NCBI GenBank assembly: GCA_030700315.1
Contig: JAUYJO010000106.1
Span: 9,336 to 73,335, forward strand
Length of the DNA stretch: 64,000 bases
Direction of reading: 5' to 3'
Source of the DNA: Gallionella sp.
GTDB taxonomy: Bacteria > Pseudomonadota > Gammaproteobacteria > Burkholderiales > Gallionellaceae
Under the pieces are notes generated by a model. It did no database searches. It saw only the letters and a list, made by a program, of their open reading frames with translations, and had not been told where the DNA came from. This document shows, in pieces, positions 10,529 to 19,898 of this stretch. Numbering within the stretch: the stretch's first letter is position 1; each line of letters begins with the position of its first letter. The position numbers were made by a program, and so were the translations under genes.

Positions 10529-11023
10529 ATGACCGGATTCGATTTTGCCGTCATGGCGATATTGCTGGTTTCGTTGGCGCTCGGCCTGTGGCGTGGCCTG
10601 GTTTACGAGGTGCTGTCGCTGGCGGGTTGGCCGATCGCGTTTGTGTTGAGCAGGATGTTCGCCGGCGAAATTGCGCCGAGGATGCCGCTGATGCAGGAGG
10701 AGGCGCGGATCGCGCTGGCCTACGCCGTGGTGTTTATCGGCGCATTGGTCGCCTGGTCGGTACTGGCCTGGCTGTTTTCGAAGCTGGTGAAGGCGGTCGG
10801 GCTGGGCTGGGTGGACCGGTCGCTGGGCGGGCTGTTCGGCGTGTTGCGCGGCGTGCTGGTGATCCTTGCGCTGGTATGGCTGGCCGGGTTGACGGCGATT
10901 CCGGAACAACCCTTCTGGCGTAGCGCGCAGACCAGCAGGGCGGCGGAAGAGGCCGCCCTGCTGACTAAAAGCTGGTTGCCGGACAGCATCGCGCAACGCA
11001 TCCGTTACGGGGCGCGTAGTTGA
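10529..11023 (+). CDS. cvpA: CvpA family membrane protein
   Basis: GLWRGLVYEVLSL, DRSLGGLFGVLRG. Directly upstream of purF. Confidence 0.92.
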   Translation: MTGFDFAVMAILLVSLALGLWRGLVYEVLSLAGWPIAFVLSRMFAGEIAPRMPLMQEEARIALAYAVVFIGALVAWSVLAWLFSKLVKAVGLGWVDRSLGGLFGVLRGVLVILALVWLAGLTAIPEQPFWRSAQTSRAAEEAALLTKSWLPDSIAQRIRYGARS

Positions 11024-11091
11024 TTTTTGGGTATCTGACTTCGGGTATCTGATTGCGGGCACCTGATTTCGGGTAGTTAATTTTGGGATAA
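11021..11091. repeat. Five degenerate ~14-bp tandem repeats filling the cvpA-purF spacer
   Basis: TGATTTTTGGGTATC / TGACTTCGGGTATC / TGATTGCGGGCACC / TGATTTCGGGTAGT / TAATTTTGGGATAA. Confidence 0.75.
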
Positions 11092-11095
11092 ACAC

Positions 11096-12622
11096 ATGTG
11101 CGGTATTCTCGGCGTCGTTTCACAAATACCGGCCAATCAGTTGCTGTATGACGGATTGCAGGTCTTGCAGCATCGCGGCCAGGATGCCGCCGGCATCGCC
11201 ACGCTGGACGGGCGCACCTTCCACCTGCACAAGGGCAACGGGCTGGTGCGCGACGTGTTCCGCACGCGCAACATGCGCGCGCTGACGGGCAATGCGGGCA
11301 TCGCGCATGTGCGCTATCCCACTGCAGGTTCTGCGGTGGACCACAACGAGGCGCAGCCGTTCTATGTGAATTCGCCGTTCGGCATCGTGCTCGGGCACAA
11401 CGGCAACCTGACCAATGCCGATGAATTGAAGCGGCAGTTGTTCGTGGATGATTTGCGCCATGTCAACACCAACTCCGATTCCGAAGTGTTGCTGAATGTG
11501 CTGGCGCACGAATTGCAGGCTATCTCCAAAGGGCTGCGCCTGGATGTGCCGACCATTTTTGCGGCGGTGTCCGGCGTACACCGGCGTTGTCGCGGCGCCT
11601 ATGCCGTGGTGGCGATGATTGCCGGTTACGGTTTGCTGGCGTTTCGCGACAGTCACGGCATCCGCCCGCTGGTGGTGGGTGTGCATGAAACCGAACAGGG
11701 GCCGGAGTATCTGGTTGCCTCGGAAAGCGTCGCGCTGGATACGCTGGGCTTCAGGTTCCTGCGCGATGTCGCACCCGGCGAGGCGATATTCATCGATTTC
11801 GATGGCAATCTGCACAGCCGCCAATGCAGCGAAAAATTCAGCCTCAACCCGTGCATCTTCGAATATGTTTATCTGGCGCGCCCCGATTCGGTGATCGACG
11901 GCGTGTCGGTCTACGAGACGCGCCTGAGCATGGGCGAATACCTTGCCGACAAACTCAAGCGCGAATGGGATGGAGTGGACATCGACGTGGTCATTCCGAT
12001 CCCCGATTCCAGTCGCCCCAGCGCGCTGCAACTGGCGAATCGCCTCGGCCTCCCGTTCCGCGAAGGTTTTGTGAAAAACCGCTACATCGGCCGCACTTTC
12101 ATCATGCCCGGCCAGGCGCTGCGCAAGAAATCGGTGCGACAGAAGCTGAACGCCATCGGCATGGAATTCAAGGGCAAGAATGTGCTGCTGGTGGATGATT
12201 CCATCGTGCGCGGCACCACCAGCCGCGAGATCGTGCAAATGGCGCGCGATGCCGGCGCGCGCCAAGTGTATTTCGCCTCCGCCGCGCCGCCGGTATGTTT
12301 TCCGAACGTGTATGGCATCGACATGCCGAGCCGCCATGAGCTGATTGCGACGGGGCGCAGCGATGAGGAAATCTGCCGCGAGATCGGCGCCGACCGGCTG
12401 ATCTATCAGGATCTGGAAGACCTCAAGGCAGCGGTGCGCAAGGCCAACCCGGCTATCACCGGTTTTGACGCGTCCTGTTTTGACGGCAACTACATCACCG
12501 GCGACATCACGCCGCACTATCTGGATGTGATTGAAGCGAGGCGCGGCGACGGGAAAGCCGACACAGCGATGGATGAAGACCAGATGGAACTGGATCTGGT
12601 GATGAGCCTGTCGTCCATGTAA
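11096..12622 (+). CDS. purF: Amidophosphoribosyltransferase
   Basis: MCGI N-terminus, [33 protein letters not shown]. Confidence 0.98.
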   Translation: MCGILGVVSQIPANQLLYDGLQVLQHRGQDAAGIATLDGRTFHLHKGNGLVRDVFRTRNMRALTGNAGIAHVRYPTAGSAVDHNEAQPFYVNSPFGIVLGHNGNLTNADELKRQLFVDDLRHVNTNSDSEVLLNVLAHELQAISKGLRLDVPTIFAAVSGVHRRCRGAYAVVAMIAGYGLLAFRDSHGIRPLVVGVHETEQGPEYLVASESVALDTLGFRFLRDVAPGEAIFIDFDGNLHSRQCSEKFSLNPCIFEYVYLARPDSVIDGVSVYETRLSMGEYLADKLKREWDGVDIDVVIPIPDSSRPSALQLANRLGLPFREGFVKNRYIGRTFIMPGQALRKKSVRQKLNAIGMEFKGKNVLLVDDSIVRGTTSREIVQMARDAGARQVYFASAAPPVCFPNVYGIDMPSRHELIATGRSDEEICREIGADRLIYQDLEDLKAAVRKANPAITGFDASCFDGNYITGDITPHYLDVIEARRGDGKADTAMDEDQMELDLVMSLSSM

Positions 12623-12633
12623 AGGAGTGCGGT

Positions 12634-12732
12634 GTGAATCTCGTGCTGCGCACTGTTGCTCAAGAAATTCGATTTCTCCTGAAGGAGTGGTTGCCGCAAC
12701 TGTCGGCCAACTGGTGGGAATGCCACGTTTGA
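12634..12732 (+). pseudogene. 32-codon gene stub with a strong RBS
   Basis: AGGAG at 12623, GTG at 12634, MNLVLRTVAQEIRFLLKEWLPQLSANWWECHV*. Looks like the N-terminus of a larger defence-island protein (recall only). Confidence 0.4.
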
Positions 12733-12853
12733 ATTTGCTCATCGTCGAAATGTGCCATTGCGGTCACCCAAATTAGTGCGAGCAAGTTCAACAGTGCCTC
12801 TCCCATTCAGATGTCAGTTGTTCTCTCTTCACAGCATATACAGTTTTGGCGGC

Positions 12854-13020
12854 CTAGCAGCCTGTCGGACTTAAAGTAATCGGCTGCAAATCCGCCTGGC
12901 CGGTGCATATTTCACCGCTTTTTTGGTCAATAGAACGACTATTGACCTGCAAAGCCGGCAAAATCTGCCCTCGCCCAGCCGAATTTTCGCTTCGATTCTT
13001 CAAGTCCGACAGGCCGCTAG
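12854..13020. mobile_element. MITE with terminal inverted repeats, bounded by CTAG
   Basis: CTAGCAGCCTGTCGGACTT ... AAGTCCGACAGGCCGCTAG (18/19 match). Internal hairpin GGTCAATAG..CTATTGACC. No transposase. Confidence 0.85.
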
Positions 13021-13061
13021 AGCTTTCACTTCTGGCAGCAGGAAAGTTTAGCTGTTATGGC

Positions 13062-14954
13062 TCGTCGCCTTTGCTGGCCTTGATGCGCAACCAGGTTGAT
13101 GCTGCGCATCGGTTAAATCTGCGCGCCGAGACTATCAACTCCACCAATTCCGATGATTGGCGCGAAGTGCGCCAGCGGCTGCTAAATGATGAAATTGACT
13201 TGTTGCTGATTTCTCCGGAGCGTTTGGCCAATGATGATTTCGTGAGCAACACACTGCTGCCCATCGCGGCGCGCATCGGTTTGCTGGTGATTGACGAGGC
13301 GCATTGCATTTCGGATTGGGGGCATGATTTCAGGCCGGACTATCGGCGCATCGGCCAGATACTCCGCCTTCTGCCACGGAACATCGCAGTGTTGGCGACG
13401 ACCGCCACGGCGAACCATCGTGTGGTGGAAGATATCAGCAATCAACTTGGTGGCGGGGTGCTGGTTCAACGCGGCCCGCTGATTCGCGCGAGCCTTGCGC
13501 TGCAAGCGATGCGGCTGGCGAATCCCGCCCAGCGTCTGGCCTGGATGGCCGACCATATTCCGAAGCTACCCGGCAGCGGCATCGTGTACACGCTGACCAC
13601 GCGCGATGCCGACCGCGTGGCGCGCTGGTTGCGGGAGAATGACATTGAGGCGCATGCCTACCACAGCGATAAACCGGATGATGAACGCCTGTCACTCGAA
13701 GCGGCTTTGCTGGGAAACAAGATCAAATGCCTGGTGGCGACCACGGCGCTGGGCATGGGTTATGACAAGCCCGATCTGGGTTTCGTTATTCACTATCAGA
13801 CGCCGGGTTCGGTGGTGTTCTATTACCAGCAGGTCGGGCGCGCGGGGCGAGCCATTGATGAGGCTTTTGGTGTGCTGCTTTCGGGCGACGAAGAAGATGA
13901 GATCAATGCCTATTTCCGCGACACGGCCTTTCCGCCGGAGTGGCAGGTCGAGCGAATACTCGATGCGCTGGATACATGCGAAGACGGTGGCATGACGGTG
14001 CGGGAACTGGAACGTGTAGCCAACTTGCGCCAGTCGCAAATCACAAAGGTATTGAAACTGCTGGTGGTGGAGGACGCAGCCCCGGTGGTGAAAATCGAGT
14101 CGAGATGGAGCCGCACTGCCCAGCCTTTCCAATTGAACCAGGAACGTATTGAGCATTTGACCCAGCAACGCGAGCAGGAATGGGGTGAGATGCGCGCGTA
14201 CATTGAGGGGCGGCAATGCTTGATGCAATTCCTCGCGGCGGCGCTGGACGACCCATTGGCGCAGCCTTGTGGCAAGTGTGCAGTATGCCGGGGCGAGCCG
14301 GTGGTTTCAACTGCGATATCGGATGCGCGCCTGATTAAAGCGCAGCGTTTCGTGCGGCAGAGCGAGATGGTTCTGGAGCTGATGAAGCAATGGGATTTGT
14401 CTGCGATGCCGGCTTATGCCGCGCAGTTTTCATGGAACAAGGCGAACATTCCGTTAAATCTTCGCGGTGAGCCGGGCCGCATTCTCTCCCGTTGGGGTGA
14501 GCCGGTGTGGGGCGAGCGTGTCGCCAAGGGCAAGGCGGAGCGCCACTTTGGAGATGACCTGGTCGAAGCCTCTGCGGAGTTGATTCAAGCGCGGTGGAAA
14601 ATGGCTCCGATGCCCACATGGGTTACCTGTATTCCATCTGGCCGACACCCCGATCTGGTACCTGATTTTGCCCGGCGTTTGGCTGCAGCTTTAGGGATTC
14701 CATTTCACCCTGTTATGATAAAAACCCGGCACACCAAAGAGCAGAAGGAAATGGAAAACCGCTACCATCAGTGTCACAATTTGGATGGGGCGTTTGCAGT
14801 TGAAGCGGCAGGGTTTGAAATAGCTTGCCCGGTGTTGCTGGTGGATGATGTGTTTGATTCGGGGTGGACGATGACAATAGCGACCGCCTTGCTCAGGCAG
14901 GCTGGCAGCGGCCCAGTGTATCCCTACGCACTTGCGGCAACCACGGCGAAATAA
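13062..14954 (+). pseudogene. N-terminally truncated RecQ-family helicase fused to a C-terminal PRTase (ComF-like) domain
   Basis: Homology starts at motif Ia (SPLLALMRNQ). DEAHCISDWGHDFRPDY, TATA, YYQQVGRAGR, Zn site C..CGKCAVC and VLLVDDVFDSGWT are present. The Q motif and Walker A are absent. Confidence 0.82.
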
Positions 14955-14971
14955 GAGCGACATAACGAAAT

Positions 14972-16312
14972 ATGAACGAGATTGCGACAGAAAATTTATC
15001 ACCCGATACCGAAGCGACCCTGCTGCTTTGCGGGCGTTTTGGCAGCGAGCGGGGCGAGCATCATGCGCCCTTGACTCAGAAAGAATATGAGTCGCTGACG
15101 CGCTGGCTGATGGAGCGCAAACTTCGCCCGAGCGACTTGCTCAGATGTGGTTCGTCGGGCCTATTGAGCGACATTGTTCACGCCAAGCTGGAGCCGGCTC
15201 GTGTGGAATCACTGCTTGCCAGAGGAACCGCAATGGCGCTGACCCTTGAGAAATGGCAGCGTAGCGGCTTATGGGTGCTGTCCCGCAGTGATGCGGCTTA
15301 TCCGGTGCGTTTGAAGAAGAAGCTGGGGCAATCCGCGCCCCCGCTGCTTTATGGCGCTGGCGACACGTCGCTGTTGGACGCTGGCGGTTTGGCCATAGTC
15401 GGTTCGCGCGATGTGTCGGAACAGGCTCTCGAATTCACGCGCAATGTTGCCTGCGCCTGCGCGCGCGATAAACTGGGCGTAATTTCCGGCGGCGCAAAAG
15501 GTGTCGATTCCGCCGCCATGCAAGGCGCTGGCGAGGCTGGCGGGATTGTCATTGGTGTATTGGCCGCCGACTTGCTGCGCGCCAGCGTCAACCGCCACAA
15601 CAGGACAGGCATTCAATCCGGGCAACTTGTCTTGGTATCGCCGTATAACCCGGAGGCAGGCTTCAATGCTGGCAACGCCATGGCGCGCAACCGCTTCATA
15701 TATGCCTTGGCCGATTATGCGTTGGTGGTGGATTCAGCCCAGGGAGAAGGCGGCACATGGGCAGGTGCAATCGAAAATTTACGCCACAACTGGGTGCCGC
15801 TTTATGTGCGCACTCCGGGTGAGAAAGCTGGCAATGCTGCGCTCATCGCGAAAGGGGCACGTGGGTTTGCATATGCGCCCCATGAACGAACCTCAATTCT
15901 GGAATATCTGGTTTACCAACAAGACACACACAATCTTTACATGCAGGGTGTTTTGTGTGGCGCATCCGTGGCGACAGGGCAATCCGGTGCAACACCCGCA
16001 GCAGTTGATGTTGCCTCTAACATTGAGCCAGAAAAAATTGCAGAAACTGAAGTTTGCTATGAAGATGCTCATTCGACAAATAAGGCAAGCCACGAAAAAC
16101 TATCCGTCGAACTCGACCCTTTCCAGGACTTCTTGGACAAACTGACATCTCTACTTCGAGAAGATGTAAAAAACGAAGAGGGAATCCGGCTCGCGCTGGG
16201 CTTGGAGAAGAGGCAGGCCAAGGCTTGGTTAACCAAGGCCGTCGAACTGGAGTTTCTCGAAAAGCGTAAAAGGCCAGTGTGCTACGCCATTCCTCGCCAA
16301 ATGAAACTTTAA
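14972..16312 (+). CDS. dprA: DprA/Smf-family protein with N-terminal extension and C-terminal wHTH-like domain
   Basis: YP..L...PPLLY..G, LAIVGSR, ISGGAKGVD, AMARNRFIYALA, GGTWAGA. Confidence 0.88.
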   Translation: MNEIATENLSPDTEATLLLCGRFGSERGEHHAPLTQKEYESLTRWLMERKLRPSDLLRCGSSGLLSDIVHAKLEPARVESLLARGTAMALTLEKWQRSGLWVLSRSDAAYPVRLKKKLGQSAPPLLYGAGDTSLLDAGGLAIVGSRDVSEQALEFTRNVACACARDKLGVISGGAKGVDSAAMQGAGEAGGIVIGVLAADLLRASVNRHNRTGIQSGQLVLVSPYNPEAGFNAGNAMARNRFIYALADYALVVDSAQGEGGTWAGAIENLRHNWVPLYVRTPGEKAGNAALIAKGARGFAYAPHERTSILEYLVYQQDTHNLYMQGVLCGASVATGQSGATPAAVDVASNIEPEKIAETEVCYEDAHSTNKASHEKLSVELDPFQDFLDKLTSLLREDVKNEEGIRLALGLEKRQAKAWLTKAVELEFLEKRKRPVCYAIPRQMKL

Positions 16313-16508
16313 TGGAATTGTGATCTAAGTGACGCGGTTATGCCAAAAAATAAGTTGTGCCTGAGCATGCTTTGACGCCATTAGATGCATATGACAGCGT
16401 GTTGCTGATTGCGCATGAAACAGACTTCCACTGAAATTCGACAGCAACGATAAGGGGCCAGGTTCGGATTAAATTCGGAAATCAAACGGGGCACATCGCA
16501 GTTGTGTA

Positions 16509-16910
16509 TCACGTCGGATAGGGCAACAAATTCAGGTTTTCAATGTATCGAAAATGCCGTTGATTCTTGCTGACCAATGGAATGTTCTGGCTCAATGCGG
16601 TGGCTGCAATGAAACCATCGGCCATTGCGATTCCGTGGCTAAGGCGGTAGTGGTCAAATAGCGTTACTGCAATTCGGGAAATTTCTGGAGTCAATTCAAG
16701 TTCTGCAAATTGGCGTACTGTTGCTTGGGTTAAAGTCCATTCGCGCGAATTTCGGCAACCTGCGAGGAGCTCCAATCGTGTAATGGTCGAGATAGCCAGG
16801 ACATGCTGTGTCGCACTCTTGCCAAGAAATTCTTTGGTTTGCGCATCACCTCTTGCCCCATCAATAATGATGTCGCTATCAATCAGCAGCACGGCGGCTT
16901 TCCCATTCAC
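16509..16910 (-). CDS. vapC: VapC-family PIN-domain toxin
   Basis: LIDSDIIID, T..ELL.G, ADGFIAATA, LVSKNQRHF. Confidence 0.88.
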   Translation of the reverse strand: MNGKAAVLLIDSDIIIDGARGDAQTKEFLGKSATQHVLAISTITRLELLAGCRNSREWTLTQATVRQFAELELTPEISRIAVTLFDHYRLSHGIAMADGFIAATALSQNIPLVSKNQRHFRYIENLNLLPYPT

Positions 16911-17127
16911 TTTGGCGCAAGGCGTGAACGTATGCAGTGCTATCGTTCATTTCTGGACGGTCGGCCCACATCCCGAAGAAAGGGGTTTGCAGATCGAGTT
17001 CTGTGTGTTCTGTTAGGACAGGTTTTGCTTCGGTACGCGACAAAAGAAACTCAACAAAATCTGAAAGTTCCTCCTGTTTTTCTTTCGGCAGTACGGTAGC
17101 GCGCTGTAATATTTCCGCAAGCGTCAT
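16879..17127 (-). CDS. DUF2281-like antitoxin
   Basis: LP.EKQEEL.DFVEFL and FFGMWADR..M.DS..YV..LR. Overlaps the PIN gene start. Confidence 0.78.
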   Translation of the reverse strand: MTLAEILQRATVLPKEKQEELSDFVEFLLSRTEAKPVLTEHTELDLQTPFFGMWADRPEMNDSTAYVHALRQSEWESRRAAD

Positions 17128-17304
17128 GATGCCGCTCCTTTTACAATTCGATTCTAAAAGTGTTAGTGGTTAGTGTCTGTCTGATCGGATAGGATTGTAA
17201 CCAAATTGCGCCGCTAACGCGAAGGGGAATACCTTCAGCTACGGAGCAATGGCATACTCCGCACGGACTTTCACCGTGCTGCTTGTGCGCCTTCACAGGC
17301 GCAC

Positions 17305-17362
17305 GGATTCCGGCCTGACAGTAGGTCAGCCTGTCCTGAGTTTATCGAAGGGCCGGAATGAC
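17305..17362. repeat. Nested palindromic repeat (ATTCCGGC...GCCGGAAT enclosing CCTGTCCTGAGTTTATCGAAGG)
   Basis: GGATTCCGGC-CTGACAGTAGGTCAG-CCTGTCCTGAGTTTATCGAAGG-GCCGGAATGAC. Outer arms match the hairpin at 25686-25712. Confidence 0.6.
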
Positions 17363-17408
17363 GGCCTGATGAATTATTTGGTTTTATAAGTGACAACGAG
17401 GAGTTGAT

Positions 17409-17873
17409 ATGCGTTACTGGCTGATGAAATCCGAACCCGGCGATTGCAGCGTCGACGACCTTGCCGCGATGCCCAATCAGACTGTCGCCTGGTACGGGGT
17501 GCGCAACTATCAGGCGCGCAACTTCATGCGCGACCAGATGCGGGTCGGCGACGGCGCGCTGTTTTACCACTCCAACTGCAAGGAGCCTGGCATCGCCGGT
17601 ATCGCCAGAGTCAGCAGCAGCGTTTATCCCGATGCCACGCAGTTCGACCGCAACGGCAAATACTTCGATCCCAAGGCTACGCCGGAACAACCGCGCTGGT
17701 TCAATGTGGATGTACAACTGCTGCGCAAGATACCGCTCATCACCATCAAGGAATTGCGGCAGCATCCGCAACTGGTGCGAATGCGCACCTTGCAGCGCGG
17801 CAACCGCCTGTCGATCACCCCGCTCGATCCGGCGGAGTGGCAGTTCATCCTGAAAAATCTGGTGCATGATTGA
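17409..17873 (+). CDS. EVE domain protein
   Basis: YWLMKSEP, W.GVRNYQARNFMR, FYHSNC, YFDPK, RGNRLSITP. Confidence 0.95.
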   Translation: MRYWLMKSEPGDCSVDDLAAMPNQTVAWYGVRNYQARNFMRDQMRVGDGALFYHSNCKEPGIAGIARVSSSVYPDATQFDRNGKYFDPKATPEQPRWFNVDVQLLRKIPLITIKELRQHPQLVRMRTLQRGNRLSITPLDPAEWQFILKNLVHD

Positions 17874-18670
17874 TGGAGTGGCATATCGCCTATCTCCTGC
17901 TCGGTGCTTTTGTCGGTTTCTTTGCCGGATTGCTCGGCATCGGCGGCGGGCTGATTCTGGTACCGGTATTGGGCTGGCTGTTCGAGGCGCAGCATCTGGG
18001 CGGCGCACAAAGCCTGCATCTCGCGCTGGGCACTTCGATGGCCGCGATTCTCTACACCGCCGCCTCCAGCGCGCATACGCACTACGCGCATGGCGCGGTC
18101 AACATGGGCATCGTGCGCGGCATGACGCCGGGTCTGCTGCTGGGCACGTTGCTCGGGACACTGTTCGCCAGCGGTTCCCCGCAACTTTACCTGTCGGTAT
18201 TTTTCGCGCTGTTCGTGTATTTTGCCGCCGCGCAAATGCTGCTCGGTTTCAGGCCGAAAGCCACCCGGCAACTGCCCGGACGCGTCGGCCTGACGCTGGT
18301 CGGCAGCGGCATAGGCGCGATCAGCAGTCTGGTTTCCATCGGCGGCGGAACGCTGAGCATACCCTACATGCTGTGGCACAACATCCCGTTCAAACATGCC
18401 ATCGGCACTTCGGCAGCGCTCGGTTTTCCCATCGCGCTCGGCGGCACGATAGGTTATGCCGCTACCGGCCTGATGCTGCACACGCTGCCCGCCGGGACGC
18501 TGGGTTTCGTCTATCTTCCCGCGCTGTTCATGCTCATTTTCGGCAGCGCCTTCACCACCCCGCTGGGCGCAAAAGCCACCCATCGGCTGCCGCTAAAACC
18601 GCTGCGCCGTGGCTTTGCCATTCTGCTATTTGTATTGGCGACGCGAATGTTGCTGAAGGCTATTGCTTGA
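17873..18670 (+). CDS. Sulfite exporter TauE/SafE family protein
   Basis: GFFAGLLGIGGGLILVP, ALGTSMA, SLVSIGGG, AIGTSAA. TGATG coupling to the EVE gene. Confidence 0.92.
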   Translation: MEWHIAYLLLGAFVGFFAGLLGIGGGLILVPVLGWLFEAQHLGGAQSLHLALGTSMAAILYTAASSAHTHYAHGAVNMGIVRGMTPGLLLGTLLGTLFASGSPQLYLSVFFALFVYFAAAQMLLGFRPKATRQLPGRVGLTLVGSGIGAISSLVSIGGGTLSIPYMLWHNIPFKHAIGTSAALGFPIALGGTIGYAATGLMLHTLPAGTLGFVYLPALFMLIFGSAFTTPLGAKATHRLPLKPLRRGFAILLFVLATRMLLKAIA

Positions 18671-18717
18671 CCCTTGGCAATTCAATAGCCATTGCATCAT
18701 CACAAAATCAGGGGGTT

Positions 18718-18763
18718 GTAGGTCGGGTTTTAACCCGACATGTCGGGCTGAAGCCCGACCTAC
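18718..18763. repeat. GTAG-type REP doublet between convergent genes
   Basis: GTAGGTCGGGTTTTAACCCGAC-AT-GTCGGGCTGAAGCCCGAC-CTAC. Confidence 0.92.
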
Positions 18764-18820
18764 GCCAGAATGGATTATTCGAATGGATTACTCGGGTTGA
18801 TGGAAATAAAATTCTCAGGC

Positions 18821-19750
18821 TCACGTTTTCCGCAGCCTGAAACTCAAGGTGACCAGTGCGACCAGCAGCAGCATCGCCGCCGCGTTGTGTGCCGCCGCGA
18901 CCGGTAGCGGCAAATCGAGCAGCACATTGGCAATGCCGAGCGCAAGCTGCACAGCGATCAAACACAGGAGCACCTTGCCGATGTTGTGCAGGCCATGCAC
19001 TGCCATGATTTTGAATGACAGCCAGCCCAGATAGGCTACGGCAAGAAGCGCACCGGCCCGATGCATCCAGTGGATCGCGGTCAGTCTTTCCGCAGAAAGC
19101 GGCAGACCGTAAGGGGCGAAGCTATAGGAAAAATCCATAGCCGGCAGCAGTGCGCCCTGGCAGAGCGGCAGCCCGGTGCAGGCCAACGCGGCGAAATTGG
19201 AACTGGCCCAGCCGCCAAGCATGATCTCGGCCAGCAGCAGCGCAATGCCGAAGCGCACCGCACCGCGCCATTTTTGCATCGCACTCGGATAGACCGCATC
19301 AGCCGCCGCCAACTGGCGCAGCGCGATCCATGTCAGCAGCATCAGCATCGCCACCCCGCCCGCAAGATGCACCAGCACGATGATCGGGCGCGGCAGGTGG
19401 GCAAAAGCCCAGATACCGAACGCCGCCATAAATACCATCAACCCCAGCAACAGGGTCGGCAGCAACGGCGATTGGCGCAAGGCCTTGCGCTTTTTCCATG
19501 CCAGCCCGCATACCGCGATAGCCAGCAAGCCCAGCAATTGCACCACCTGGCTGTGCAGCTTCCACTGCCACGAAGTGTGGTCGCGCGCCGCGCCCGGCTG
19601 GGGCGGCTGCCGTTCCTTCAGCGCATTCTCCTCATAGCAGGATGGCCAATTGGTGCAACCCAGGCCGGCATCGGCAAGGCGCGCGTAGGCGCTTAATACT
19701 ACCGCGCAAAAAGCCAGCAGCAAGGTAGCCAGGACAAGTTTCAGGTACAT
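18821..19750 (-). CDS. COX15/CtaA (heme A synthase)-like membrane protein
   Basis: RLADAGLGC.NWP.C, VHLAGG, LAC...P.C.G, IHWMHR, AHNAAA. About eight TM helices. The ExxHR motif is degenerate. Confidence 0.85.
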   Translation of the reverse strand: MYLKLVLATLLLAFCAVVLSAYARLADAGLGCTNWPSCYEENALKERQPPQPGAARDHTSWQWKLHSQVVQLLGLLAIAVCGLAWKKRKALRQSPLLPTLLLGLMVFMAAFGIWAFAHLPRPIIVLVHLAGGVAMLMLLTWIALRQLAAADAVYPSAMQKWRGAVRFGIALLLAEIMLGGWASSNFAALACTGLPLCQGALLPAMDFSYSFAPYGLPLSAERLTAIHWMHRAGALLAVAYLGWLSFKIMAVHGLHNIGKVLLCLIAVQLALGIANVLLDLPLPVAAAHNAAAMLLLVALVTLSFRLRKT

Positions 19751-19898
19751 CGGCTGACACCAGAAAAAAGGATAGCGCGATTGTATGCCATCGCGCCGTT
19801 TGCCGCAGCCAACAATCGTCCGTCTGGCAATCGTCCATCTGGCAACCGCCAACCCAATGTTACAATTTGCGCCTTTCAACACAGCAAGGTTTTTTGCG

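Noticed and set aside
11120-12742. 540-aa minus-strand ORF
   Set aside because: Antisense shadow of purF.
16313-16508. Possible gene remnant after dprA
   Set aside because: Short frames with no convincing motif.
17130-17408. Possible 6S RNA upstream of the EVE gene, or an integron attC site
   Set aside because: No zapA, no long 6S-like rod that I could fold, no proper RYYYAAC/GTTRRRY pair and no integrase. The hairpins are explained by repeat families.
19812-19850. 15-bp tandem duplication (CAATCGTCCRTCTGG) in the divergent promoter region
   Set aside because: Only two and a half units, with no evidence of function.
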